Origin: Octopus vulgaris
Taxonomy: Eukaryota
Reading direction: 5' to 3'
Length of the DNA: 64,000 nucleotides
Assembly: GCA_951406725.2 (NCBI GenBank)
Contig: OX597818.1
Span: forward strand, 41,540,001 to 41,604,000
Both the position numbers and the translations under genes were made by a program. Under the pieces are notes generated by a model. The model was not told the DNA's origin. It saw nothing but the letters and a program-made list of their open reading frames with translations, and did no database searches. This document shows positions 25,510-38,417 of this stretch, one piece after another; the first letter of the stretch is position 1, and every line of letters starts with the position of its first letter.

Positions 25510-26124
25510 TACATAGATACATACACACACACACATACATACACACACATACTTACACACACACACATAGATACATACACACACACACATACATGCAGAC
25601 ATACATATACACATACACCGAGTAAAAAATTACACTGAATCGACCATACATACATACACACATACATACATACACATACACACATACATAGATACATACA
25701 CACACACACATGCAGACATACATATACACATACACCGAGTAAAAAATTACGATGAATCGGCCATACATACATACATACACACACACATACTTACACACAC
25801 ACACATACATAGATACATGCATACATACATATACACATACATGCATACATACATATACACATACACCGAGTAAAAAATCAGTTATCTCTCTCTTTCACAC
25901 ATTACTCTCTCTGTCTCTTCACACACACTAACAGAAGCACTTCACTTACACAACATACTGTCTGTCTCCCACACCCCATCAAACACACACAGGCCGATTT
26001 GAAAGTGAAACCTTCTCGTCATAAAATCGCTTCCTCTTAGTCTCTTTCGCTCTCATTACTTATGTAAAAAAATAAAAGTTTTTTACGGAAATCGACGGAA
26101 ATCTGCGCTACGACATGCGAAACT
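25240..26124. mobile_element. foldback element: ~215-bp inverted arms around a (CA/TA)-rich minisatellite core
   Basis: 25240-25454 is the near-perfect reverse complement of 25910-26124; the core repeats CATACACCGAGTA four times at ~120-140 nt spacing. Confidence 0.8.
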
Positions 26125-27931
26125 TCGCCAGGAGAAATTACTGAAATTATTACCCATTTTGCCCCATTTCTTTTTTTTTTTTTTTTACTTTTTGGGGGTG
26201 GTGGGTGGATTAAAGGTTATCAAGTTAGACATTTGTGTAGGAAAAAAAACTGACTTGGAATCCAACAGAGAAAAGAATATTGATTGTTAAACACCAAAAA
26301 TTATTCAGATATTGGGTCTTTTCTGTTTGGCTACCACTTTTCAATTTCTCCAATTTTTGTTCCAATTGATTTAATATTTGGTATATTGGTATAGTTTTGT
26401 ATGCTCATAATTGGCATGAAATTCATTTTCGCCATAAATCAATAAATAAAGAGTTAATAGTTTTCATTAGCAATCTCAGTTGCAATCGAGTTCAGAGAAA
26501 ATTTCTTGAAAAAATATATATATCATCTATGTTCCAAACTCTCTCACCTTCAACAAAACAACTATGCTGACCAATTTTTACTCCTAGGGATGATACTACA
26601 TTACAAAATGATAATGCAATACTTTGCAATGTAATGATTTCAAACAGGTAGAGAGGAAATAATAAGAAATCAGAAATTACTCATTTTGCCCCCTCTCCCG
26701 TCTCTGTGCAGTTTTAAGTTTAAACCAAAAATTTAAGTTCTGTCATTAAATTACAAGAGCCTTATGTGCTCGTTCGGCCTACTAAAAATAACAGTTAAAT
26801 CTCCAGTGAATCATACAATACCGTCTTACACGAGATACTAAAGCTGGGGAAATGGTTGGGTGGTCATGGCTCCGTTTTCATATGAGAATTTCGATTAAAA
26901 AAAAAAAAAAGACGACCTGGTTGTGCCTGGAACGCCTTTGTCCATGGAGTACTCAATCAGGAGGTTGACCTGGGACAAAACAACCGCCAAAATTATCTTG
27001 AGTTTCAACGATCAACGTGAACCATCGAAGGAACGCATCGTAGTCATTCCACCTGCTCGAAATAGCCAAATATCCTCCCAATCACACCCGACCGTTTTAA
27101 TAAAAAGATATCTATTTGACCATGTAGCCTCTATGCGGGATAGGTTTTCTGCCTGACCAGGATTGACTTTGGGCTAAACAACCAACTGTCAACATACAAA
27201 TCTGAATGAAGGAATAATCTAATTTACAGTGTTCAAATTTCTGATGTATTGCGTATGTGTACGTGCGTGTATGTAAACAGATTTCTCTTCGAATAATATG
27301 AATCGTATTGTTGTTTAGGCCCCGGTCCACCCTGATAGAGCTTACGTATGATCAAAGCATTCTAGCTATGGCCCTTACATTTTCGGAACATCTAGGTCTC
27401 AGCCTTTTCTCCTTTTCTTTCTTTTTTCTTTTAACACAGTTGGGATGTGATTTGGAGTAGACTTAGCTGTTATCTCTAGCTGGTTGTACAGCGACGTAAT
27501 TGTTACTTCGCTTGTTGATAACAATACCGCAGGCTATTTGAGTGATCATGTGCACCAAAGATAGTTTTCAATCCCGCAGTTAAGATACAAAAAAAAAACC
27601 GCCCTCTAAATTAACAGTGATATTACTATTTAATAATTTGCTTCAGATTCGAAGTAATGGATGCAAAGTTGACAATAAATAATCGTGAGAAATTGTATAA
27701 GGTTTTTATTAACTCGTAAAAGCGTTTTACTAACTACTACAATTTGACTGGGAGGCAAAACTAACCTTATTCAAAGAGTGGTTGTTGAATTAATCAATGG
27801 TTCTCATTTTGTTTATTAGTGTGCTTAACTACGTGACAGCTGGGAAGGATTTGAAATTATGACAAAGGAAAGAAAAGGCGATTACAGCAGGTGTCTGTGT
27901 CTTTGTGTGTATGTGTGTGTGTGTGTGTATA

Positions 27932-27962
<31 letters not shown>

Positions 27963-28169
27963 CGTATGTGTGTACATATGTATATGTGTATACTGTATGT
28001 CGCACACACACACAGAGTGAGTGATGCAGATAAACACGATAAGACTTGATGTATATAAATATACATACACATATACATATTGATATATATATAAGGATGT
28101 ATATAGATACAAAAATTAAATCTATTCAGAAGCCAAACACTCATGTAAAAGCATGTAGATATTTATATA

Positions 28170-28402
28170 CAAGGTTGGCCAAAAGTCACCCAACATCAAA
28201 TCAAAATTCCATAAATACTATCTGTAATTCTGTATTGACTGAAATAGAAAAATGTGTCACTCAAGAAGAACTTCAATTTGAACAATTTTCATAACGTTTC
28301 ATATTTAGATGCTTCTATTAAATTCATTCAGTTGTTAAACATACATAAATCTTGGAATTAAATGGTTTTGATTTAATGTCAGGTGACTATTGGCCAACCC
28401 TA
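28170..28402. mobile_element. Tc1/mariner-type MITE
   Basis: TIRs CAAGGTTGGCCAAAAGTCACC / GGTGACTATTGGCCAACCCT with TA flanks. Confidence 0.8.
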
Positions 28403-28548
28403 TATTGGTTTCAAATTTTGACACAAGGCCAGCAGTTCCGGGTGAGAGGACAAGTCGATTAAAACGACACCAGTGCTCTTACTGGTACTTATTTTACTAA
28501 CCTCAAAATGGTGAAAGGCAAAGTCAACCTTTGAACTCAGAATGTAAT

Positions 28549-29270
28549 TGTAGTGGATCTTGCATGCATTAAGTGGATTCGATCCACCATAGCCAAATTT
28601 AAATTAACACTGCAACAGAACTTTTCCCACGGTGGAACAATGGTTTTTCTGTGACAGTAGTTTTACATTTTCCAGATGCCTTTAGCCAGGCTGAAATAAT
28701 GTCTTCACCACTTGACCCTTTCTAACATCTACTTCACCAAAAGCTAGAATTGAGATAACAAGATCACCAACTAAATCTATTGTTCTCAATGATATATCTA
28801 TCCTTCTTGATAGTTACATAAGCAAGCACACCCCAAGCAAAAATCAGTTAATCACAATCGATGACGACTCAACGAGTCCAATCACATGGTGACGGACTCA
28901 ATGAAGTCAGGCAGAGGGAGAAATGAAGTTTACTGTCAGCAACTGTGAGACAACATCCCACACCTTACAACTCTCACTAGCTCTAATTCTGTTCTCTTAC
29001 AACATCATTCTATCTCTCTCAGTAATTACTACTAAACAATGAGCAGAACACAAACACAAACTTTACTTCGCATGCTTTTGGATTCATCATAACCTGCCCA
29101 TCAAGGCAAGGTATTGTAACATAATGGTAAATAAATATTTCCTTAAAACTTCATGCATTGTTCATCTTTCACATCCTACAGTATGCAATTATAACAACAA
29201 ATTTTTATCATTACAACTGCAGACTCCAACATTTCATAATATTGTTTACCAATCAATTTTACCCGCTACA
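28549..29270 (+). mobile_element. solo LTR with 4-bp TSD inserted into a SINE
   Basis: TGTAG...CTACA inverted termini; TAAT duplicated at 28545-48 and 29271-74; the interrupted SINE resumes exactly after the TSD. Confidence 0.82.
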
Positions 29271-29355
29271 TAATGATAGACAAAATGCCGCTAAGCATTT
29301 TGTCCAGTGTGCGAACATTTCTCCCAGTTCACTGCCCTAATATTTATATATTCTC

Positions 29356-29752
29356 TCTTTTTTTTTACTTGTTTCAGTCATTTTGACTGCGGCCATGCTG
29401 GTGCACCGCCTTCAATCGAGCAACTCGACTCCGGGACTTATTCTTTGTAAGCCCAGTACTTATTCTATCGGTCTCTTTTGCCGAACTGCTAAGTGACGGG
29501 GACATAAACACACCAGCATCGGTTGTCAAGCAATGCTAGGGGCACAAACACAGACACACAAACATACACGCACATGCATATATATACATATATACAACAG
29601 GCTTCTTTCAGTTTCCGTCTACCAAATCCACTCACAAGGCTTTGGTCAGCCCAAGGCTATAGTAGAAGACACTTGCCCAAGGTGCCACGCAGTGGGACTG
29701 AACCTGGAACCATGTGGTTGGTAAACAAGCTACTTACCACACAGCCACTCCT
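29356..29752 (-). mobile_element. SINE family A
   Basis: Reverse-complement, full-length copy. Confidence 0.85.
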
Positions 29753-30230
29753 ACTTTTACATAGTTTAAAACATCTAATGAAAGACTGAAGATTAGGAAA
29801 TACCATGGACTGCCACCGCTGCAAGCTCTTATGAATGACATTACTGGTGTACTGGAAATGACCAGCAAAATCTCCCTAGCCTAGATATGTTATTGCATTG
29901 ATGTTAACTCTGTTCTAAAACCTAGAAAAGCCATTGTCTGTTCATGATACAGGAGCAGGTTAAGGATTTCTACTTTGTAATTAGAAGACTGGAAATCTTA
30001 ATGATTTTGGAACTGGTTGCTAGAAAGCTTTCACTGTATCTATGCAGTACTCTCAACCCTTTAGCTTTTAAAACAGCCATGTCTGGCCTAAATATTCTAT
30101 CTGTTTTAGGCCAGATGTGGCTTCCCACACCAACCCTACAATGACATTCTAAAAATAAACAATCACATCATTGAAATTGCAAAGCTACATGATAATGCAC
30201 ATTGAAATCAAAACAATAGTAATAAATGAG

Positions 30231-31506
30231 TAGTGATACCTCGCAGTATGAGCTTAATTCATTCTTATTTCTTTATTGCCCACAATGGGCTAAACACAGA
30301 GGAGACAAACAAGGACAGACATTGGTATTAAGTCGATTATATTGACCCCAGTGCATAACTGGTACTTATTTAATCGACCCCGAAAGGATGTAAGGCAAAG
30401 TCAACCTCGGTGGAATTTGAACTCAGAACATAACGGCAGACGAAATACCTATTTCTTTACTACCCACAAGGGGCTAAACACAGAAGGGACAAACAAGGAC
30501 AGACAAACGGATTAAGTCGATTCTATCGATCCCAGTGCGTAACTGGTACTTATTTAATCGACCTCGGCGGAATTTGAACTCAGAACGTAGTGGCAGATGA
30601 AATACCTATTTCTTTACTACCCACAAGGGGCTAAACACAGAGGGGACAAACAAGGACAGACAAACGGATTAAGTCGATTATATCACCCCCAGTGCATAAC
30701 TAGTACTTGTTTAATCGACCCCGAAAAGATGAAAGGCAAAGTGGACCTCAGCGGAATTTGAACTCAGAACGTGACGACAGATGAAATACCGCTAAGCATT
30801 TCGCCTGGCCTGCTAACGTTTCTGCCAGCTCACCGCCTTAATTCATTCTATGACTGAGCTTGTCTTACAATTTACTCGTTTTACAAATCAGTTTTCTCCT
30901 TTGAAATTAACTAAAATATAATCAATCCGTTCCAGCCCCACAAAACTGCTCTAAAATAATTTTTAAGGGTTTTAAAACAGAAAGGGTGTAGTTACAAGTA
31001 AAATGACAATTATAAAAAAAAGAATCATCATCATCATCGTTTAACGTCCGTTCTCCATGCTAGCATGGGTTGGACGGTTCGACCGGGGATCTGAGAAGCC
31101 AGAAGGCTGCACCAGGCTCCGGTCTTATCTGGCAATGTTTCTACAGCTGGATGCCCTTCCTAACGCCAACCACTCCGTGAGTGTAGTGGGTGCTTTTTAC
31201 GTGCCACTTGCACTGGTGCCAGGCGAGGCTGGCATCGGCCACGGTCGGATTGGTGCATTTTACGTGCCACCTGCACAGAAGCCAGTCGAGGCAGCACTGG
31301 CTTCGGCCACGATTCGGATGGTGCTTTTTACATGGAAAAGACATATGTAAACTAGTTTTATTAACTGAATTACTTTAAAGATGGGATGATTTGTGTGCTT
31401 GTACTGTGGATATCTGCTCATACTTCAAGACAAAAATTCGCATGAGTCTCGGCTCATGCAGTAATTTACTCATACAATAGGGCACTTGTACTGCGAGGTT
31501 CTACTG
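30231..31506 (-). mobile_element. internally deleted non-autonomous copy of the same Tigger element, with two nested retroposon insertions
   Basis: Both ends match 5035-5290 and 7165-7264 (AGTGATACCTCGCAGTA ... GTACTGCGAGGTTCTACTG-TA); the transposase is absent. Confidence 0.8.
30266..30836 (-). mobile_element. head-to-tail trimer of SINE family B with target-site duplication
   Basis: Three units; CTTAATTCATTCT duplicated at 30253-30265 and 30837-30849. Confidence 0.82.
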
Positions 31507-31842
31507 TATTACATTCGACAGAGTAATCTGAATGCTAAAGGATCAAATGATGTCAGAGTAAGAATAAAGATTGGTACCGAGATGAGATTGACTGTTATTG
31601 CGATCAATGATTTGGCAGGGATGTTCAAGATAATCATCTTATCTACACGGCTCTTTGATGAGGCTCTTACAGCCACTTGAAGTGCAATGCTAATAGACAT
31701 TGTTATCAAGAGAGGAAATGAATAGAAAAGTGTGCTGTCAAGTTTCTACTCAAGTGATACGGTTTCCTGTCCTGTTTCATAAAAATTTAACTGTATAGTG
31801 CTGCTGCAGAAAAAAACTTTGATTGTCTTTATTATTAATACT

Positions 31843-32215
31843 CTCTTTTACTTGTTTCGGTCATTTGACTGTGGCCATGCTGGAGCACCGCCTTTAGTCG
31901 AGCACATCGATTCCAGGACTTATTCTTTGTAAGCCTAGTACTTACTCTATCGGTCTCTTTTGCCGAACCACTAAGTGACGGGGACGTAAACACACCAGCA
32001 TCGGTTGTCAAGCAATGTTGGGGGGGGGACAAACACAGACGCACAAACATATACACACACATATATATATGTATACGTATATACGACATGCTTCCTTCAG
32101 TTTCCGTCTACCAAATCCACTGACAAAGCTTTGGTCGATCTGAGGCTATAGTAGAAAACACTTGCCCAAGGTGTTACGCAGTGGGAATGAACCGAGAACC
32201 ATGTGGTTGGTAAGC
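31843..32215 (-). mobile_element. SINE family A
   Basis: Reverse-complement copy. Confidence 0.82.
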
Positions 32216-33572
32216 ACACAGACACTCCTGCACCTATTGTATATGTACTGTGTAGATTCATTGAAAGACGCTTGCTTAACCCTTTAACATTCAGATTAAT
32301 TTGGCAACTGCTGTTCTTATTAATCATCCCTCTCTTTCTTTCGGAGAGGCACTTAGCAGCTATACGCACACATACACACACGGCAGTAACTTCCACCTAC
32401 CGAATTCAATCACAAAGCTCCGGTCGGCTCGGGGCTATAGTGGAAGACACCTACCTGGAGTGCCACGCAATGGGACTGAACCCGAAACCATGTAGCTAGG
32501 AAGCAAGCTCCCTAACCACACAGCCATGCCTGCGCCTACTCATATTGTTTGAAATTAATTATGCCTTATCTCATAGATCCAATATTTCTATGATGCAACT
32601 GTTTATTTTCAGAATAACATTGCAGGGTAGGTGTGAAAGGTCAGATCCTGTCAATTTTAACATAAAACATCAAATATTTCAGCCAGATATGGCCCATTTA
32701 AATGCTAAAGGGTTAAGGTTGTCACACAGTGGGACTGAACCTGAAACCACACAATGGGGAACTTAACTTCTTAACCAGAATGTTAAACAAAAATCAGCAC
32801 AAATGGCATATTTTATCTAATGTTCTTATAATTCTATCAATCTGCTGCCTTCACACATTCACGTCAAATCATACTCTACTTCCTTCAAAAAGGAAAGACA
32901 CCATGGACAATGTAGTCCTTGACATACAAAAGGACAGGATGGTCAAAGATGGAACACATTAGGTCTGTTTCAAGCCTACATATGTCCTCAACAGTCATGG
33001 CCCATGTTTCACTGCCGTGTACCACGGTTGTTCACACACATGCATCATAAAGTCTACTTTTCACTCTGAGTGAGAGGCCCTTTGTCACCAGCAACGGTAG
33101 GAGCTTTCTGAACTTTGCCCAGGCTATTCTTATTCTAGTGGCAACATTCTCAGAGCATCCCCCTCCTCTACAGACTTGGTCCCTTGGATAACACTGTTGG
33201 CATGGAGAAGGGAGGCCGGTATGCATGGGCGACTGCTGGTCTTCCATAAACAACCTTGCCCGGACTTGTGCCTCGAAGGGTAACTTTCTAGGTGCAAATC
33301 CCATGGTCAGTCGTGACTGAAGGGAGTCTCCTCAAGGGTGTGTTTACATGCTATTCCTAGCAAGTCAAGACCATAGAAGCTCCCTTATTGGCTCTGTGAA
33401 CAGAACAAGTGTTGCAGGTCTGTTTCAACAGAACTAAACAATGTCAATATTCGCATCTTCTGAAGGTCAGCTAGTAGTACACCAAAATTAATCATTTATA
33501 CACAACTCCTACATATGTAACACAATGGTTTTTAACGAAATTTGATTCTCTATTTGTTTTTCTTTCTTTCAG

Positions 33573-33620
33573 AAAACGGCACAAGTAATATTTGTTGGAA
33601 CTCTCATCCTTATGGTATTT
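33573..33620 (+). CDS. TMEM243: TMEM243-like coding exon 2 (KTAQVIFVGTLILMVF)
   Basis: Long pyrimidine tract + AG at 33571-72, 48 nt, GTAAGT donor at 33621, phase 0/0, hydrophobic peptide. Confidence 0.75.
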
Positions 33621-33729
33621 GTAAGTATTTCCTTTTCCCTGACCATTCTTGCATGTGTATGTGTGTGTGTGTGTGTATTAATAATTAGGAATAAGCAGGA
33701 AATAGTTAAATTATATATATATATATATA

Positions 33730-34090
33730 GGTACAGGAGTAGCTGTGTGGTAAGTAGCTTGCTTACCAACCACATGATCCCGGGTTCAGTCCCACTGCAT
33801 GGCACCTTGGGCAAGTGTCTTCTACTATAGCTTCGAGCCGACCAAAGTCTTATGAGTGGATTTGGTCAACGGAAACTGAAAGAAGCCTGTCGTATGTGTA
33901 TGTGTGTGTGTATGTATGTGTGTGTGTATGTGTGTGTGTGTGTATGTTTGTCCCCCCAACATCGCTTGACAACTGATGTTGGTGTGTTTACATCTCCATA
34001 ACTTAGTGGTTTGGCAAAAGAGACTGATAGAATAAGTACTAGGCTTGCGAAGAAAATGTCCTCGGGTCAATTTGTTCGACTAAAGGTGAT
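33730..34090 (+). mobile_element. SINE family A
   Basis: Copy inserted next to (TA)n just downstream of TMEM243-like exon 2. Confidence 0.8.
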
Positions 34091-35669
34091 ATTCACAGAT
34101 AGTGAATGTGTGTACAAATGTTCAAATGGTACTGCATGAGGAGTGGGGCCCATGCAGCCATTCATCTCTCATTATTATGTAATATTCATACTCATTCATT
34201 TTGTGTTTTTTGTCCCCACTGTGGTGTTGTGTCTGTCCTTGTAGTGTCCCCTCTGTGTTAGTGGCCTGTGTGCCAAAATAAAGAAATTGGTACTCCAACA
34301 TCGCCGCAGTCAAATGACAGAGACAAATAAAAGAGTATATATATATAATGTATTGTTCCATGATGGTAAGATCAACAAAAAAGGTACTCCATCTAGTGAG
34401 AGATAAATATTATTTAATAGACACAATACATGTTTATATGTAGTACTAATAGTTCATATGTTGAGAACATGCCAAACAATACATTATAACACGTCTGGTG
34501 TCTTGATTTTTCCCTTGTCCCATTTTTAGTTTATTATGCCATATGGGCAGTGTTTGATTATGCTGGGACACCTGACGTGTTACAAAACAATGTTTGGCAT
34601 GTTCTAAACACATCAAACTAATAGTAGCACATAAAAACATACTGGGTGCGATGGGTAAATAGTTGCCATTTTATATTTTTAATTTTGTACATGCTCATTT
34701 TTTTTTTTTGTTTTTGATTTTGTTGACTACACAATATAGTAGGGTCAATCGGGCACTGTCTGTGAGAAAAACAACACCATGACACAATTCACTCTGCCAG
34801 AAATTTGGAAACGACATTAAGGTGGTAGAATGTGATTTGTGAGAAGTTTGCTATTTATTTCTATCAGTGGTGAGACAATACAGCAGCTTCCTAATTGTTT
34901 TGAAGAAAATTTATGTGTGTGCGAAGAGAAACTTAAATGTCATCTTCATAGGAATCAGTTTTGTTTACATATCTGATAACAACTTAATTGCTCAAAATAA
35001 TCATATCAGTAGGTTGATGTAACCTCTATAATAAGCTTGAAAAGTTTATGCAAGCTTCAACATGATATTTGACAGCTGTGCTTTTCAGTGCACACACACA
35101 CATACAAACACAAACACGCACACTCATCATTACTCATTTTCTGACAATCTTATTCAATGAAACAAACACTTTTATTGGTGTGGTTTCTTTCTTTTCTAAG
35201 TATTTCTTCTAGTCGATGTAATCGACTGGTCCTCTCCTCCAAAATTTCAGGCCTTGTGCCTTTATTAGAAAGGATTATTACCTCCGCCTTAACAAAGACA
35301 GAGGTATTGTTTTCAGTTGTGTTTGTTTGTTTGTTTGTCCATGAACGAGATAACTCAAGAACTGCTGGATGCATTTGGAAGAAACATTCAGGGATGTTTG
35401 ACCTCATGACTAGCATGACCTGATTAGATTTTGGGATTGATCTGATACCAGACAAGGATTCTGGATTATTTTTCCAGGTTTTTTGCTTAACTTTTGAGAG
35501 TGGTCGGGTTCATTTTTAGTATTCTCGTTTATGAGAGCAGTGGAGTTTATTTCAGATATTCTCATTTTAAAAATCATCTCTGGCGAATCGTTGAGAGAAC
35601 ATTGGTGTTGCCTTGGCAAATGTTTGTGCTCTCTGAGTGCTTTTGTTATTATTATTATTATTATTAAGT

Positions 35670-36290
35670 TGGCGAACTGTGAGAATTGTTAGCACGCTAT
35701 CAGCATTTACGTTGTGAGTTCAAATTCCACCAAAGCCAACTCAAGGTCAATGAAATAAGTACCAGTTGAGCACTAGGGTTGATGTAATCAACTTTCTCTC
35801 TCAAAACTGCTGGCCTTGTGCCAAAATTTGAAACCATTATTATTATTATTATTAAGGCAGCGAGTTGGCAGAACTGTTAGCATGCCGGGCAAAATGCTTA
35901 GTAGCATTTCATCTATCTCCATGTTCTGGGTTCAAATTCCTCAAATTCATCCTTTCAGGGCCAATAAAATAAGTACCAACTGAGTACTGGAGTCGAGTAC
36001 ATTGACTATCCCACTCCCCCAAATTTCAGGCCATGTGCCTTTAGTACATTATTATTATTATTAAGGTGGTGAGCTAGCAGAATTGTTAGCACGCTGGGCA
36101 AAATGCTTAGTGGTATTTCATCTGTCTTCGTGTTCTGAGTTCAAATGTCACTGGAGTCAATTTTGCCTTTCATACTTTCAGGGTTGATAAATAAAATTCC
36201 AAGTTCAAATTCCACCCATGTCAACTTTGTCTTTCATCCTTTTGGAGTCAATGAAATAAGGTACCAGTCATGTACAAGGGATCAACATAA
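35670..36290 (+). mobile_element. cluster of diverged SINE family B variants separated by (TTA)n
   Basis: Three heads, each preceded by ATTATTATTAAG. Confidence 0.72.
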
Positions 36291-37364
36291 TCATTTAACC
36301 CATTCCACCAAAATACTGACCTAATGCTTAAATTACTGTTGTTTCAACCTCAACATATTTGACTCTACAAGAGATTAGAGAGGTCCCTCAAATCCCTACT
36401 ATTGCTTGGGTTATTGGGATATATATTGCTATCTAGCCCCAACCCCACTTCAGTCCAGCAGACCTATGATCAAAGGCTTTCCAGCCATGCCCATTGCTTT
36501 TTTCTTTCTTAACAAGCAGTCTCAGTTCAGGATTACATTATTTCAACAAGTCCCCTTGTTTTAAGATCAGAATGAAACAATTTGGTGCCCTTGTTTGGAT
36601 ACTGATTATCTGGTGCCGCTAACTGGACAGACATTCAACCTGTTCTTTTTTTGTTTTGTTTTACAGTACTTTTTGGCACTGGAGGCAATTACACACACAT
36701 GCAGAAATACACACACACATACACATAGACATATATATTTCTTTATTGCCCACAAGGGGCTAAACATAGAAGGGACAAACAAAGACAGACAAAGTAATTA
36801 AGTCGATTACATCGACCCCAGTGCGTAACTGGTACTATATTTATCGACCCCGAAAGGATGAAAGGCAAAGTCGACCTCGGCGGAATTTGAACTCAGAAAA
36901 GTAATGACAGGCGAAATACCGCTAAGCATTTTGCCCAGCGCACTAACGATTTTGCCAGCTCGCCGCACATAGACATATAAATATGTATGGAGAGAGAGAT
37001 TACACATCCATATAGACATAACTAGATGCTCACACAGATAAACAGAAAGTGAGAAAAAGCCGGAAAGAACAAGAGAAGCATTAAAATATCTGATGTCAAA
37101 TAAGTGAGTGTTGAATGAAAACAACTGTGCCAAAACATCTAATATCCCTCTTAAGATGGCTGGATGTTGTGAAATGGCAATTTGGCTGCCATTTCTAGCT
37201 GATCAAATGACCACATAAGAACTTTCTAATTTGCTTGTTTGGTGTATATGTTTTGCAGTCAAAATGCCATTCCTTGAACTGTAGAGATAACCATTTACAA
37301 AAATCTGTATCTAAGGAATGTAGCATTTCAACTATGTTTCAAGATGTTTGTCTCTACTTTCCAG

Positions 37365-37475
37365 GTCACAATATCACTGAGTATTTACCAAGGTGTCCAT
37401 CAGCAAGCAAATGGTGCTCTATATTTTATGCTTGGACTATCACTAATTGGATTTGTTGTTATAGAGCTTCTGATG
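37365..37475 (+). CDS. TMEM243: TMEM243-like coding exon 3 (VTISLSIYQGVHQQANGALYFMLGLSLIGFVVIELLM)
   Basis: tttcCAG acceptor, 111 nt, GTAAGT donor, phase 0/0, predicted transmembrane segment. Confidence 0.8.
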
Positions 37476-37770
37476 GTAAGTCTTTTCTTATGTCATAAAA
37501 TTGTTATTTAAAGTCCGAGTTGTTGTTGTTGTCTAGACCCAGCTCTGCATTGATAAAGAGTGTTCCAGCCATGACTCATATCCTCTTCTTTTATATTAGT
37601 AACTACTTTTAGGTACAGGCATGCCTGTGTAGCTAAGACGCTTGCTTCTCTACCATGCGGTCTTGGGTTCAGTTCCACTGTGTGGTACCTGGGGCTAGAG
37701 TTTTCTGTTATAATCCTGGGCCAACCTGAGCCTTCTGAGTGGGTTTTGAGAGAAGCCCACCATATATATA

Positions 37771-38405
37771 TTGGGTTGCCAAGAAAGTAATTTCGGTTTT
37801 TTAATGTGAAATAAAAGTTTTTTTTTTTTTTTTTCATACAAAGAATGAACTATAATCAATTATATGTTACATTTTGTTTGATGACCTTTTGCCATCTTTC
37901 TGGCAACTTCATGATTCTGTGCTCATAGAACTTCTAGTCCTTATCAGCCAAAAACTGAAGCAAGTGCGATTTCAGGCCACCATCATTATTGAATATTTTA
38001 TCATTCAAAGAATTTTGCAAACTTTGAAATATATGGTGCAAGGTCAGGGCTATATAGTGGATGTGACATTACTTCCCAACCAAGCTCCAATAATTTTTCA
38101 CGAGTTAGCAAAAGATGTGTGTGTTGTACCGTTGTCATGGTGGAACACAATTCCTTTATGATTTGTCAATTCTAACCATTTTTATTTGATTGCTTCCTCC
38201 AGTTTCATTAGTTGTTGACAGTAAACATCTGAATTGATCATTTGGTTCCTTGGAAGCAGCTTAAAATACACAACACCTTTGTAATTCCACCAAATTGACA
38301 GCATGGCCTTTTTTTGATGCAATTCAGCTTTCAATGTGGTTTGTGCTGGTTCATTATGCTTGGACCATGATCCTTTTCAATTGATGTTATTGTAGACAAT
38401 CCATT
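37771..38405 (-). mobile_element. mariner-like remnant truncated by the RTE insertion
   Basis: TA-TTGGGTTGCCAAGAAAGTAAT terminus; minus strand encodes degenerate FHHDNGTTH and HPLYSPDLAP. Confidence 0.65.
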
Positions 38406-38417
38406 GCCAAATGTTGA

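Noticed and set aside
25455-25880. Regularly spaced CATACACCGAGTA repeats superficially like a CRISPR array
   Set aside because: Eukaryotic context, spacers are (CA/TA)n simple sequence, and there are no cas genes; it is a minisatellite.
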